Assembly (NCBI GenBank): GCA_019307665.1
Contig: JAFDJC010000002.1
Span: 1-41,820, forward strand
DNA: 41,820 bases
From: Deltaproteobacteria bacterium
Lineage (GTDB): Bacteria; Desulfobacterota; Desulfobacteria; Desulfobacterales; SURF-7
Reading direction: 5' to 3'
Each line of letters begins with the position of its first letter. The stretch's first letter is position 1. The notes under the pieces are model-generated. The model ran no database searches. It saw only the letters and a program-made list of their open reading frames with translations, and had not been told where the DNA came from. The translations under genes and the position numbers were made by a program. Of the stretch, positions 34,601-41,820 are shown in pieces.

Positions 34601-35048
34601 TTTTCTTGGAAAATCCTGCTGTGAATTATCATTGCTGGAAGAAATGATTACAACAGGGAAAAAAACAAAAGAGCTCGGAAAAATGACACGTGTTTCATTA
34701 AGAAATATGATGAAAAGGGCCGGGTCTATGGCTTGTGACAGAACCGAAGCCTTTCGCTTAATGGGTTGTTATTACGGGTTGATCGGAAGAAATAAGAAAT
34801 CCTTGAAGTGGCTGCAAAAAAGCGTGCAGGAGGGAAAAACATTGGGCGCAAGACCCGAACTGGCACGCGCTTACATGCATTTAGGCTTATATTTATTAAA
34901 AAGCCCGATAAAAAAGTTCCAAGATAACGACACTTTGGTTAAAAAATATTTAGGAAAAGCTCAATGCTTATTAAGGGAAATGAATCTTGAATGGGATATG
35001 GCTGAACTAAAGAAAAGGGAGATATTGTTAAAAAACAGGAGCGCTTAG
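31611..35048 (+). CDS. class III adenylate/guanylate cyclase fused to a STAND (AAA_16) NTPase and TPR-like C-terminal region
   Basis: 1145 aa. Cyclase core: ATVMFADIVGFTTMSE...FGGVVDKFIGDCVMALFG...IHIGINTGVVVAGGVG...YTVMGETVNIASRLES. Then Walker A LIGEAGSGKTR and Walker B LVVLLEDIHWAD, followed by a helical repeat region. Confidence 0.9.
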   Translation: MLHSTGKREAERRSATVMFADIVGFTTMSEKMDPEDLTSLMNSCFSMMENVIDGFGGVVDKFIGDCVMALFGVPFAAENAAQRAVNTAIELKRRLVRFNNEQDLIVPLDIHIGINTGVVVAGGVGGSKKRDYTVMGETVNIASRLESASVAGQVLVGPDTYSSTRHLFRFKELKDLHIKGKKEIVRIYELLSAQKSIYRKASCRQRSISSQVVGRDSEIAFIENGLKSLFAGKGGIINLIGEAGSGKTRIVLELKNKTIMENFQLLEGSAVSIGKNLRYHLFIDLLRHLLGITEEETESASLGKLRKLLGPLLAKDAEEVVTFAALVMGIKVPEQLTERLNGIEGEAIEILIKKNIRHLLAKLSKKRPLVVLLEDIHWADKSSTDLLESLLDLAATKKIFFINVFRPLYSEFCDKLIKKGRDLWPTLCSDITLQPLSKKACKILISNLLDTDRLLSHVQEKILSAGSGNPFFIEEILRSFIDCGVIVRKNESFQLAGGVNNVTIPQKVSDVLMERIDRLDSPTRDVIRVASVIGKNFFYSIIREVIDSDKDVKKSLEKLKASQFITKHLKKEGVEYGFSHELAREAAYKSILRQTKRAIHLKTAKAIETVFAERLSEFYGMLSYHYGKAGNPENAEAYMLKAGEEALRTGASNEALYYYRKALNIYLVKYGNAADPEKRATLEKNIAFSLYSKGQHAEAAEYYRALLKYHGLTLIENKAIFIVGFLFCFFEFVLNLYLPFIKKRKSASPKDIELIDLYYQMLISLSSFDPKKFFMEAFYFSRLLSKYDLATFKGGAGMFASIGMALSWSAVSFTLSKKILEFVMGSVRKDDARSLLYFEAADLMRCYYTGAWKKGYDKHLVERGLNIGEIMHIAVYISFHGRIMIEQGHYEMAKKLVLKLAYVGNAYSHDFARALKYYLNTILLLKYRKLHAALIEAQEGIVFMLKKDFKQLVVVQYSCKAKIHTLLKNSRAAKRSIDEAGLIKSNVRLLPPYLGNYFLGKSCCELSLLEEMITTGKKTKELGKMTRVSLRNMMKRAGSMACDRTEAFRLMGCYYGLIGRNKKSLKWLQKSVQEGKTLGARPELARAYMHLGLYLLKSPIKKFQDNDTLVKKYLGKAQCLLREMNLEWDMAELKKREILLKNRSA

Positions 35049-35156
35049 GTAAAGTTATCACTGAATCGGACTGACCGCCTTTTTCCTTCTGTTTGTTTGC
35101 TAATATAGTCTTAATTCGCTTAAACAAGTTGCACTCTCTTTAAGGGTGTTCCTTTT

Positions 35157-35588
35157 TTATGCGTCTGTTTCTGTTTTATCGACAGGAACCGGAATCTTTA
35201 AAACTTCAATGCCCTCTTCTTTTAACATCTTTTCTTCTTTGTCAGTGCTTACTCCTCTTATGTTTCTCGGTTCGGAAACACCGTAATGGATCTTTAATGC
35301 TTCCCGGGTAAAATCCGCACCTACATTATCAAAGTTATTTTCTATAAAATCATATACTTTTCTGCTAAGTTCTTTTAGCTCCAGCATATTATCCGTTCCT
35401 GCCGAACAGACTGAGTTCCCGGATGACTTCACCATGCTAAAACTGGAAAGGATTTTCACTACATTTTTATCGTTGCAAACAGGGCACACAACCAGACCCT
35501 TTTTTTTCTGGTCCTTAAATGCGTCGTCGTTTTTAAACCATCCTTCAAAAACATGTTCATTTTTACATTGTAGGTCAAATGCTATCAT
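35157..35588 (-). CDS. DUF1178-family zinc-ribbon protein
   Basis: MIAFDLQCKNEHVFEGWFKNDDAFKDQKKKGLVVCPVCND is the family N-terminal signature. Confidence 0.75.
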   Translation of the reverse strand: MIAFDLQCKNEHVFEGWFKNDDAFKDQKKKGLVVCPVCNDKNVVKILSSFSMVKSSGNSVCSAGTDNMLELKELSRKVYDFIENNFDNVGADFTREALKIHYGVSEPRNIRGVSTDKEEKMLKEEGIEVLKIPVPVDKTETDA

Positions 35589-35796
35589 CTAAAACAATCC
35601 TTACCAAAAAAATGCTAATTGTGCGCTAATAAAAACGTTTTTTGTTCTTATAGCAATACCACATTATCCATTTATAAAAAAGATTTTCTTTAAGATCAAA
35701 TGCCCTTAACACAACAATCTATATTTTTCATTGAAAATTTAACCCGTTTGTGACAAATGCTATTAATATTATTATTTTAAATGGAGCGCTATACTG

Positions 35797-36438
35797 ATGA
35801 AGAAAACCTATTGTTACGCATTGTTGTTTTTCTTTTTTCTGGTTTCAACGGCCAATGCTGAAACCATGTATGTCAGTAATATTATCAAGATAACCCTCAG
35901 GACAGGGCCGGGCACAGATCACAGGGTAGTCAAAATGCTTGAGTCCGGACAGAAAGTTGAAGTGCTTTACCAGGAAGAGGATTGGTCTCAAGTGCGCTTG
36001 CTGGACGGTAAAGACGGGTGGCTTTTAACCCGATTTATCTCTCCTGAAAAACCGAGCGGCATGCTTCTGAAAAGCCTGACAGGCGAACACAACGTGTTAC
36101 TTAAAGAAACAAACTCTGTTCGTGAAGAAAATTCAAAGTTAAAAAAAGAAAATAACCGCCTTTCTGTTGAGTTTGAAAGCACCAAAAAAAACCTGGACAA
36201 AATTACTGACGAATACAATGCACTGAAAAAAGAATCAGCCGATTTTCTTGGCCTTAAATCAAAGTATCAAAAAGTGAAAACAAACCTTACGCAGCAGACT
36301 GAAAAAGCAATTGATATGGAAAAACAGCTGATCCAAAATAACATTAAATTTTTTCTCCTCGGTTCAGGTGTTCTGCTGATAGGTTTTGTTATCGGGTTTA
36401 GCACAAAAAGGCAGCGCAGGCGATCATCGCTATTATAG
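35797..36438 (+). CDS. SH3-domain membrane-anchored protein (YgiM-like architecture)
   Basis: Signal peptide, then an SH3b-like segment (YVSNIIKITLRTGPGTDHRVVKMLESGQKVEVL...DWSQVRL.DGKDGWL), a coiled coil, a C-terminal TM segment and an RRRSS tail. Confidence 0.75.
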   Translation: MKKTYCYALLFFFFLVSTANAETMYVSNIIKITLRTGPGTDHRVVKMLESGQKVEVLYQEEDWSQVRLLDGKDGWLLTRFISPEKPSGMLLKSLTGEHNVLLKETNSVREENSKLKKENNRLSVEFESTKKNLDKITDEYNALKKESADFLGLKSKYQKVKTNLTQQTEKAIDMEKQLIQNNIKFFLLGSGVLLIGFVIGFSTKRQRRRSSLL

Positions 36439-36473
36439 TGAGCTTTTTCTCCACATTAAAAAGGCATTAAAGT

Positions 36474-38114
36474 ATGGAACTTGTCTCAGATTTTCTTGTC
36501 ATCGGAAGCGGTATTGCCGGCCTTTCTTTTGCTCTTAAAACAGCAAATTTCGGCACTGTTACAATTGTAACAAAAAAAGAGGCTGCTGACAGCAACACAA
36601 ACCATGCTCAGGGGGGTATTGCCTCTGTTTTCAGCGACCAGGATTCTTTTGATCTTCATATTAAGGACACTCTCGAAGCAGGTGACGGCATCTGCAACCG
36701 AGAAGTTGTCGAGACCGTTGTAAAAGATGGTCCGGTCAGAATTAAAGAACTAATCAAGCTTGGAGTTGAATTTAATAAAAAGAGTTGTTCATCAACATCA
36801 AAGGATGTTGAAATGGGCCTCGATCTGAGCCAGGAAGGCGGACACTCAAGAAAACGTATTGTTCACTCTCAAGATATGACCGGAAAAGAGGTGGAAAAAA
36901 CACTTCTTGGTCTTGCGAGAAGCCATAACAATATCCGGATACTTGAAAATCATATTGCCATCGACCTTATTACCCGTTCAACTCGAATTAAAAGAGGTGC
37001 GGTGACCGCCACCCATGAGGATTATTGCTGCGGGGCATACGTGCTTGACACCAAGGCCGGTAGAGTTAAAACATTTTGTTCTAAGATAACTCTTCTGTCC
37101 AGCGGCGGCGCCGGCAAAGTCTACCTGTATACAAGCAACCCGGACATTGCTACAGGAGACGGAATAGCGATGGGATACAGGGCGGGAACATCTGTCGCAA
37201 ATCTCGAATTTGTTCAGTTTCATCCAACATGCCTTTATCATCCTGATGCTAAAAATTTTTTAATCTCCGAAGCTGTCAGGGGGGAAGGGGGTTGCCTGAT
37301 AGATTTTACAGGAAAACCCTTCATGGAAAAATACAGTGATCAAAAAGACCTGGCTTGCAGAGACATCGTTGCCCGTGCAATAGATACGGAGCTTAAAAAA
37401 AGCGGACAGGACTCCGTATTTCTGGATATTTCTCACAAGCCGTCGGGCTTTATTAAAAACCGTTTTCCCAACCTTTACAAAAACTGTAACAAGTTTGGAT
37501 TTGATATGACAAAGGACCCTTTGCCGGTCGTTCCTGCCGCCCATTACATGTGTGGCGGCATCGCCACAGATATGCTGGGCAGAACAGACATTAATTGCCT
37601 TTTTGCGGTGGGAGAAACAGCCTGCACAGGACTCCATGGGGCTAATCGTCTGGCAAGCAATTCCCTTCTTGAGGCGCTTGTTTATGCCCATAAGGCTGCT
37701 CAACAGGCGGTCAAAGATCTCCAGGAATCAGATTTTCCCAAGCCGGCTCTTCCGGCATGGGACGAGGTCGACACAACCAATAGCGACGAGCAGATTGTTG
37801 TCACACAAAACTGGGATGAAATCAGACGGTTTATGTGGAATTACGTCGGCATCGTCAGATCCGACAAAAGGCTTGCCAGGGCAAAAAACAGAATCGAACT
37901 CATTGCCGGTGAAATCAAGGAGTATTACTGGCACTTCAAAGTCACTGCAGACCTTATTGAGCTCCGCAATCTGGCAACCGTCGCTGAACTCATAATCGAA
38001 TGTGCCCTGCACAGGAAGGAGAGCCGGGGACTCCATTACAATATTGAGTATCCGGAAAGAAACGATGACAGGTGGAATAAAGATACGGTTATCAGGAGAC
38101 CGTTTGTTGGATAA
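36474..38114 (+). CDS. nadB: L-aspartate oxidase
   Basis: 546 aa. Motifs DFLVIGSGIAGLSFAL, TNHAQGGIA, EFVQFHPT, GGIATD, ACTGLHGANRLASNSLLE, ESRGLHY. Confidence 0.93.
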   Translation: MELVSDFLVIGSGIAGLSFALKTANFGTVTIVTKKEAADSNTNHAQGGIASVFSDQDSFDLHIKDTLEAGDGICNREVVETVVKDGPVRIKELIKLGVEFNKKSCSSTSKDVEMGLDLSQEGGHSRKRIVHSQDMTGKEVEKTLLGLARSHNNIRILENHIAIDLITRSTRIKRGAVTATHEDYCCGAYVLDTKAGRVKTFCSKITLLSSGGAGKVYLYTSNPDIATGDGIAMGYRAGTSVANLEFVQFHPTCLYHPDAKNFLISEAVRGEGGCLIDFTGKPFMEKYSDQKDLACRDIVARAIDTELKKSGQDSVFLDISHKPSGFIKNRFPNLYKNCNKFGFDMTKDPLPVVPAAHYMCGGIATDMLGRTDINCLFAVGETACTGLHGANRLASNSLLEALVYAHKAAQQAVKDLQESDFPKPALPAWDEVDTTNSDEQIVVTQNWDEIRRFMWNYVGIVRSDKRLARAKNRIELIAGEIKEYYWHFKVTADLIELRNLATVAELIIECALHRKESRGLHYNIEYPERNDDRWNKDTVIRRPFVG

Positions 38115-39390
38115 AACGCTTTTTGGTTTTGATTTACATAGAAAACAACTCGTTATATTTTTTTTGACAGCCTGTTGCTGTTGGGTGATATCAGGATGTG
38201 CTTTGCTTGGTTTAAAGCCACCAAGAGTAGATGGCTCGGCTCTCACCAAGGTCTCACCTTTTCAAGATCCTGAATTTTCAGATGATATGGGTTTTGACGG
38301 GTTGCAAGACTCTGCCTTGCAAAGTATTGCGTATCTTAACAAAATTCCACATGACACTGTTTTCTGGTTCGGTTCCGACGCTGTTACCGCTTATCACATG
38401 AAAAAATCGCTTGAACACTTCCTGGCATTCATAGAAAAAAATCCAACTGTTTCTGATTTAAACAATTTTATTAAAACAGATTATATTGTCTATGTTTCAA
38501 AAGGCGGCGAAGATTCCGGAGATGTCCTGTTTACAGGATATTATGAACCCGAGCTGCAAGGGAGCCTTCAAAAAACCGAGGAATACAGATATCCTGTCTA
38601 TTCTTTACCTGATGATATTGCTTTTGTGGAGCTGTCCCTTTTTGGCCCGGAATTTGAGGGGCGGCAAAGGATAGTCGGTAGATATACGGACAACCAAAAA
38701 GTTGTTCCGTATTATGAAAGGGGTGAAATCTCAAAGAACAGCCTTGGCGGGCATTCTGTCCCTATTGCATGGGTAAAGGACAGGGTCGACCTCTTTTTTC
38801 TCGAAATTCAGGGGTCAGGGAAAATATGTCTTAACAGCGGCGGGTGCCTCAATGTTCATTATCATGCCTCAAATGGACAGCCTTACAGCAGCATCGGCGC
38901 TCTTTTAATAAACCAGCAAAAAATCCCCCGGGAAGAAATGTCCATGCAAAGAATCCGTGAACACCTTAAAAACCACCCCCTAGAAACAGATGAGATACTG
39001 AACCACAATAAAAGCGTCATTTTTTTCAGGATTGAAGAAGATGGGCCCTATGGCTGTCTTAGTGTTAAGCTGACGCCTGGGAGATCCATAGCTCTTCAAA
39101 AAAGAATTTTTCCAGCAGCGAGCCTCGCTTTTATTGAGACTTCAAAGCCGCTTGTTGATGGCGAGGGCAATATAATATCGTGGAAAAATTTCAGCAGATT
39201 TGTGTTGAACCAGGACACGGGAGGTGCCATCCGGGGACCGGGGCGAGCCGATATCTTCTGGGGAAACGGGCCTTATGCTGAAATCGCAGCGGGACACATG
39301 CAACATTATGGGCGGCTCTATTTCCTTGTTTTAAAAGAAGGTCGTTTCAAAAACGAATTGCTTGACAGTTCCCGGCAAAATACGTACTAA
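38065..39390 (+). CDS. mltA: membrane-bound lytic murein transglycosylase A
   Basis: Lipobox WVISGC, then GYYEPELQGS, VPYYERGEI, DLFFLEIQGSGKI, SIGALL, FVLNQDTGGAIRGPGRADIFWG (MltA plus 3D domain). The start is uncertain: ATG 38065, or TTG 38104/38107 overlapping the nadB stop. Confidence 0.85.
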   Translation: MTGGIKIRLSGDRLLDKTLFGFDLHRKQLVIFFLTACCCWVISGCALLGLKPPRVDGSALTKVSPFQDPEFSDDMGFDGLQDSALQSIAYLNKIPHDTVFWFGSDAVTAYHMKKSLEHFLAFIEKNPTVSDLNNFIKTDYIVYVSKGGEDSGDVLFTGYYEPELQGSLQKTEEYRYPVYSLPDDIAFVELSLFGPEFEGRQRIVGRYTDNQKVVPYYERGEISKNSLGGHSVPIAWVKDRVDLFFLEIQGSGKICLNSGGCLNVHYHASNGQPYSSIGALLINQQKIPREEMSMQRIREHLKNHPLETDEILNHNKSVIFFRIEEDGPYGCLSVKLTPGRSIALQKRIFPAASLAFIETSKPLVDGEGNIISWKNFSRFVLNQDTGGAIRGPGRADIFWGNGPYAEIAAGHMQHYGRLYFLVLKEGRFKNELLDSSRQNTY

Positions 39391-39438
39391 TATCGACTCT
39401 GACTTAACAAACTGTTAAATTCCTACAAGGAGAAACCT

Positions 39439-39813
39439 ATGTTCGGCATCGGAATGCCGGAAATGTTATTAATTCTGGCGATAGCACTGATTGTTATCGG
39501 ACCTAAAAAGCTCCCGGATCTTGCCAAATACCTTGGCCGTGCCATAGGTGAGTTTAAAAAAGCCGCAAGTGACTTTAAGGAATCGATCGATATTGATAAC
39601 AATATCAGCGATGTAAAAAATCAACTTGAAGATGTTAAAGACAATATTCGAAGTGCAACCGAATTAAAATCAGATTTAAAATCAGAGCTGCTGGAGAGTA
39701 AAGACGACAATTCCGCTGACAACATAACACCGGAGCAGAAAGACTCAAATCAAAATGATGATGTTGAAACCCAAGGGATTAAAAACGATAAGGGATTAAA
39801 AAATGGAGAATGA
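39439..39813 (+). CDS. tatA: twin-arginine translocase TatA/E (TatB-length) protein
   Basis: [42 protein letters not shown], followed by an acidic amphipathic tail. AAGGAGA lies upstream. Confidence 0.85.
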   Translation: MFGIGMPEMLLILAIALIVIGPKKLPDLAKYLGRAIGEFKKAASDFKESIDIDNNISDVKNQLEDVKDNIRSATELKSDLKSELLESKDDNSADNITPEQKDSNQNDDVETQGIKNDKGLKNGE

Positions 39814-40561
39814 AGATAAAATCCCTTTTACCGCACACCTGGATGAACTTAGAACACGATTAATACGCTGTTTTATCGCTGTTGGGGTCGGGTTTGTCGC
39901 CTCCTATGCCTTTAAGGAAAAACTGTTTGAAATTCTTATAAAACCCTTAACTTCTGTTATGAATCCAGGAGATAAAATTATCTTTACGGGTCTTCCGGAA
40001 GCTTTTTTTACATACCTCAAAGTTGCTTTTCTTTCAGGTTTAATGCTGTCTGTTCCGGTTATTCTCTATGAGTTCTGGATGTTTGTAGCTCCGGGTCTTT
40101 ATAAAAAAGAACGAAAGATGCTGATTCCCATCATTATTCTTTCATCAGTTTTCTTTTTGGGAGGCTCTCTTTTCGGATATTTTATTGTCTTTCCCTTTGG
40201 CTTCCGTTTTTTTCTCAGCTTTACAACAGATACAATTCAGGCTCTCCCATCCATGAAAGAATATTTAGGGTTTTCCTCAAAGCTTCTTCTGGCATTCGGC
40301 ATTGTATTTGAGCTTCCGCTTGTAATAACATTTCTTGCAAGGCTCGGCATTGTAACTGTTGAATTTTTAAAAGCAAATCGAAAATACGCGATCCTTATAT
40401 TTTTTGCAGGCGCTGCAATTTTGACCCCTCCTGATGTAATAACCCAGACCATGATGGCTGTGCCGCTCATGCTGCTTTATGAAATCAGTATTGTCGGTGC
40501 CCGCATCTTCGGCAAAAAAAAACCGGCCCCGGATCCTGCCGAAGCTGATAATGAAGCCTGA
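39803..40561 (+). CDS. tatC: twin-arginine translocase subunit TatC
   Basis: 252 aa with 6 TM segments. [14 protein letters not shown]...[14 protein letters not shown]...PGLYKKERK...TPPDVITQ. It overlaps the tatA stop by 11 nt. Confidence 0.92.
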   Translation: MENEDKIPFTAHLDELRTRLIRCFIAVGVGFVASYAFKEKLFEILIKPLTSVMNPGDKIIFTGLPEAFFTYLKVAFLSGLMLSVPVILYEFWMFVAPGLYKKERKMLIPIIILSSVFFLGGSLFGYFIVFPFGFRFFLSFTTDTIQALPSMKEYLGFSSKLLLAFGIVFELPLVITFLARLGIVTVEFLKANRKYAILIFFAGAAILTPPDVITQTMMAVPLMLLYEISIVGARIFGKKKPAPDPAEADNEA

Positions 40562-40592
40562 TCTTTTTAAGGAAGCAAAATAACAGTGGTTT

Positions 40593-41459
40593 TCATTTCT
40601 TTGATTCAGTCTCCGGATTACTATGGATATAACCTTTTCTACCCTTAAATTCGTTGACAGAAGTGCCGACGCCAAGCATGAGGGCGATTCTGCCTAATAC
40701 GGCGTCCGGTAACAGTCCTCTTAAGATCATCCCTAAATAGAGTGACCTGGGACGAACCACCAGGTGGTGGTTTTTCTTCAGCCCGGCTTCAACCAGACCT
40801 TTGGCTATCACATCGTGATTCTTTACAGGCGGCGCAATCAGCCGGCCCACTGCATTCACTTTAAACCCCTCAAACATGCCGGTGACAATGTTTCCCGGGT
40901 GGACGGAGGTGAATTTCACACCATTTTTACCGGCGGCCATGACTTCCAGCCGCATCACATCGGTCATCCCCCAGACAGCCCATTTCGACGTGGTGTAAGC
41001 AGCCAGGCCGGGCGCGCTTGCGATGGCCACACCGGAAGACACATTCACGATATGGCCCGAGTTTCGCGCCAACATGTCCGGTAAAAATTCATGGATGGCG
41101 TAAAACAGGGCGTTCACGTTTACGTCAATCTGTTTTATCGCATCCTCGACGGGCCGCTCCCAAAACATGCCATGTCTCACATAGCCGGCATTATTGATCA
41201 GGATATCAACTTGTCCCATGTCTTTTTTTGCCTGGTCCGCCAGTTCATGGACACTCTCTTTGTCTGAAACATCGCACAGGCAGGGAAAGACATTTCCACC
41301 CTTCCCTTTTAGTTCTTTTTCAGCCTTATCCAGGTCTTTTTGGCTGAGATCCCAGATTGTGACGTCACATCCTTCACGAACCAGACGCCTGCATGTGGCC
41401 AGCCCTATTCCCATGGCGCCGCCGGTAACAATAACTTTTTTTCCAAGTAGTTCCGTCAT
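40593..41459 (-). CDS. short-chain dehydrogenase/reductase
   Basis: GKKVIVTGGAMGIGLATCRRL...NNAG...YTTSKWAV...SVHPGNIVT. ATG 41459 has AGGGGA upstream and is preferred over the track start at 41477. Confidence 0.88.
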   Translation of the reverse strand: MTELLGKKVIVTGGAMGIGLATCRRLVREGCDVTIWDLSQKDLDKAEKELKGKGGNVFPCLCDVSDKESVHELADQAKKDMGQVDILINNAGYVRHGMFWERPVEDAIKQIDVNVNALFYAIHEFLPDMLARNSGHIVNVSSGVAIASAPGLAAYTTSKWAVWGMTDVMRLEVMAAGKNGVKFTSVHPGNIVTGMFEGFKVNAVGRLIAPPVKNHDVIAKGLVEAGLKKNHHLVVRPRSLYLGMILRGLLPDAVLGRIALMLGVGTSVNEFKGRKGYIHSNPETESKK

Positions 41460-41504
41460 GAGTTGATCCCCTTTCATACACTGGCTATGAATCTATTTTC
41501 AGGA

Positions 41505-41820
41505 TTAACTGGATACCGGCTTAAAGTAGCTTAAAAACTCAAAAGGGTCAGGCTTACTGCCGACTATATCTATCTCACCCGCCGCAAATGATACCAGGAG
41601 GTTACGCACTATTCCCACAATTTCTTTCCATACCAGGGAATCAATGGTTACGGTAATATCCGGATCTTTTTGCAACCAGGGGTGAATTTCCGCCACGCCG
41701 TTTCTTAGATAAACGCTATACGCCTCTTTGGTATCCGGAAAATTAAAATTCACCTTTTTTTGAATGCTCATCGTTTTTTCCGCACCAAGATTAACCGCCA
41801 TTGAAGTAAATATGCTTTCT
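41505..41820 (-). CDS. C-terminal SCP2-like domain of an alkyl/aryl-sulfatase-type (MBL-fold) protein; 5' part lies beyond the right edge
   Basis: The frame stays open upstream of the listed Met to position 41820. KKVNFNFPDTKEAYSVYLRNGVAEIH...DPDITVTIDSLVWKEIV...FAAGEIDIVGSKPDPFEFLSYF resembles the Alkyl_sulf_C region. Confidence 0.65.
   Translation of the reverse strand, partial: ESIFTSMAVNLGAEKTMSIQKKVNFNFPDTKEAYSVYLRNGVAEIHPWLQKDPDITVTIDSLVWKEIVGIVRNLLVSFAAGEIDIVGSKPDPFEFLSYFKPVSS

Noticed and set aside
31611-35048. Pycsar/CBASS-like antiphage cyclase interpretation
   Set aside because: The cyclase core shows ordinary class III motifs fused to AAA_16/TPR, a widespread regulatory architecture. 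There is no separate effector gene and no defence-island neighbours, so I did not claim it.
37260-38249. ORFs of 147-173 aa on both strands inside nadB/mltA (37260..37703 -, 37552..37995 +, 37728..38249 -)
   Set aside because: They overlap the strongly supported nadB frame, and no independent motif or RBS support was found.

Overview
Chromosomal window of about 40% GC from an anaerobe-type bacterium. Gene content and an intergenic palindromic repeat family suggest Desulfobacterota, but that is inference only. No rRNA, tRNA, CRISPR array, transposase or integrase was recognised. Layout: (1) 1-7.8 kb, a minus-strand fatty-acyl/beta-oxidation-like operon. It encodes two acyl-CoA dehydrogenases, TetR, a PHP phosphoesterase, two thiolase-fold paralogs with substituted catalytic motifs, and an acyl-CoA ligase-SCP2 fusion that the ORF track misses because it runs off the edge. 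(2) 8.2-11.2 kb, an AT-rich accessory/decay zone with small unknown genes, hicBA, a truncated AAA ATPase and a collapsed fliD that keeps a sigma28-like promoter. (3) 13.5-22.9 kb, two GT-C (ArnT/PMT-like) glycosyltransferases plus a UbiA/DprE1/DprE2-like trio, which together predict a polyprenyl-phosphate-arabinofuranose donor pathway. A GC-rich L-lactate dehydrogenase islet bounded by repeats interrupts this region. (4) 25.3-28.3 kb, an operon of three lipoproteins (LpoB/COG3417-like, TPR-like, LPP20-like). (5) 28.4-35 kb, hsp20, ComFB, a long KamA-family radical SAM enzyme, and a divergent class III nucleotide cyclase-STAND-TPR giant. (6) 35-41.8 kb, housekeeping genes (nadB, mltA, tatA, tatC) followed by an SDR and an alkylsulfatase C-terminus. 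Several short repeat families and long perfect palindromes not explained by the genes are reported. All domain calls rest on motifs read by eye; no database search was run.
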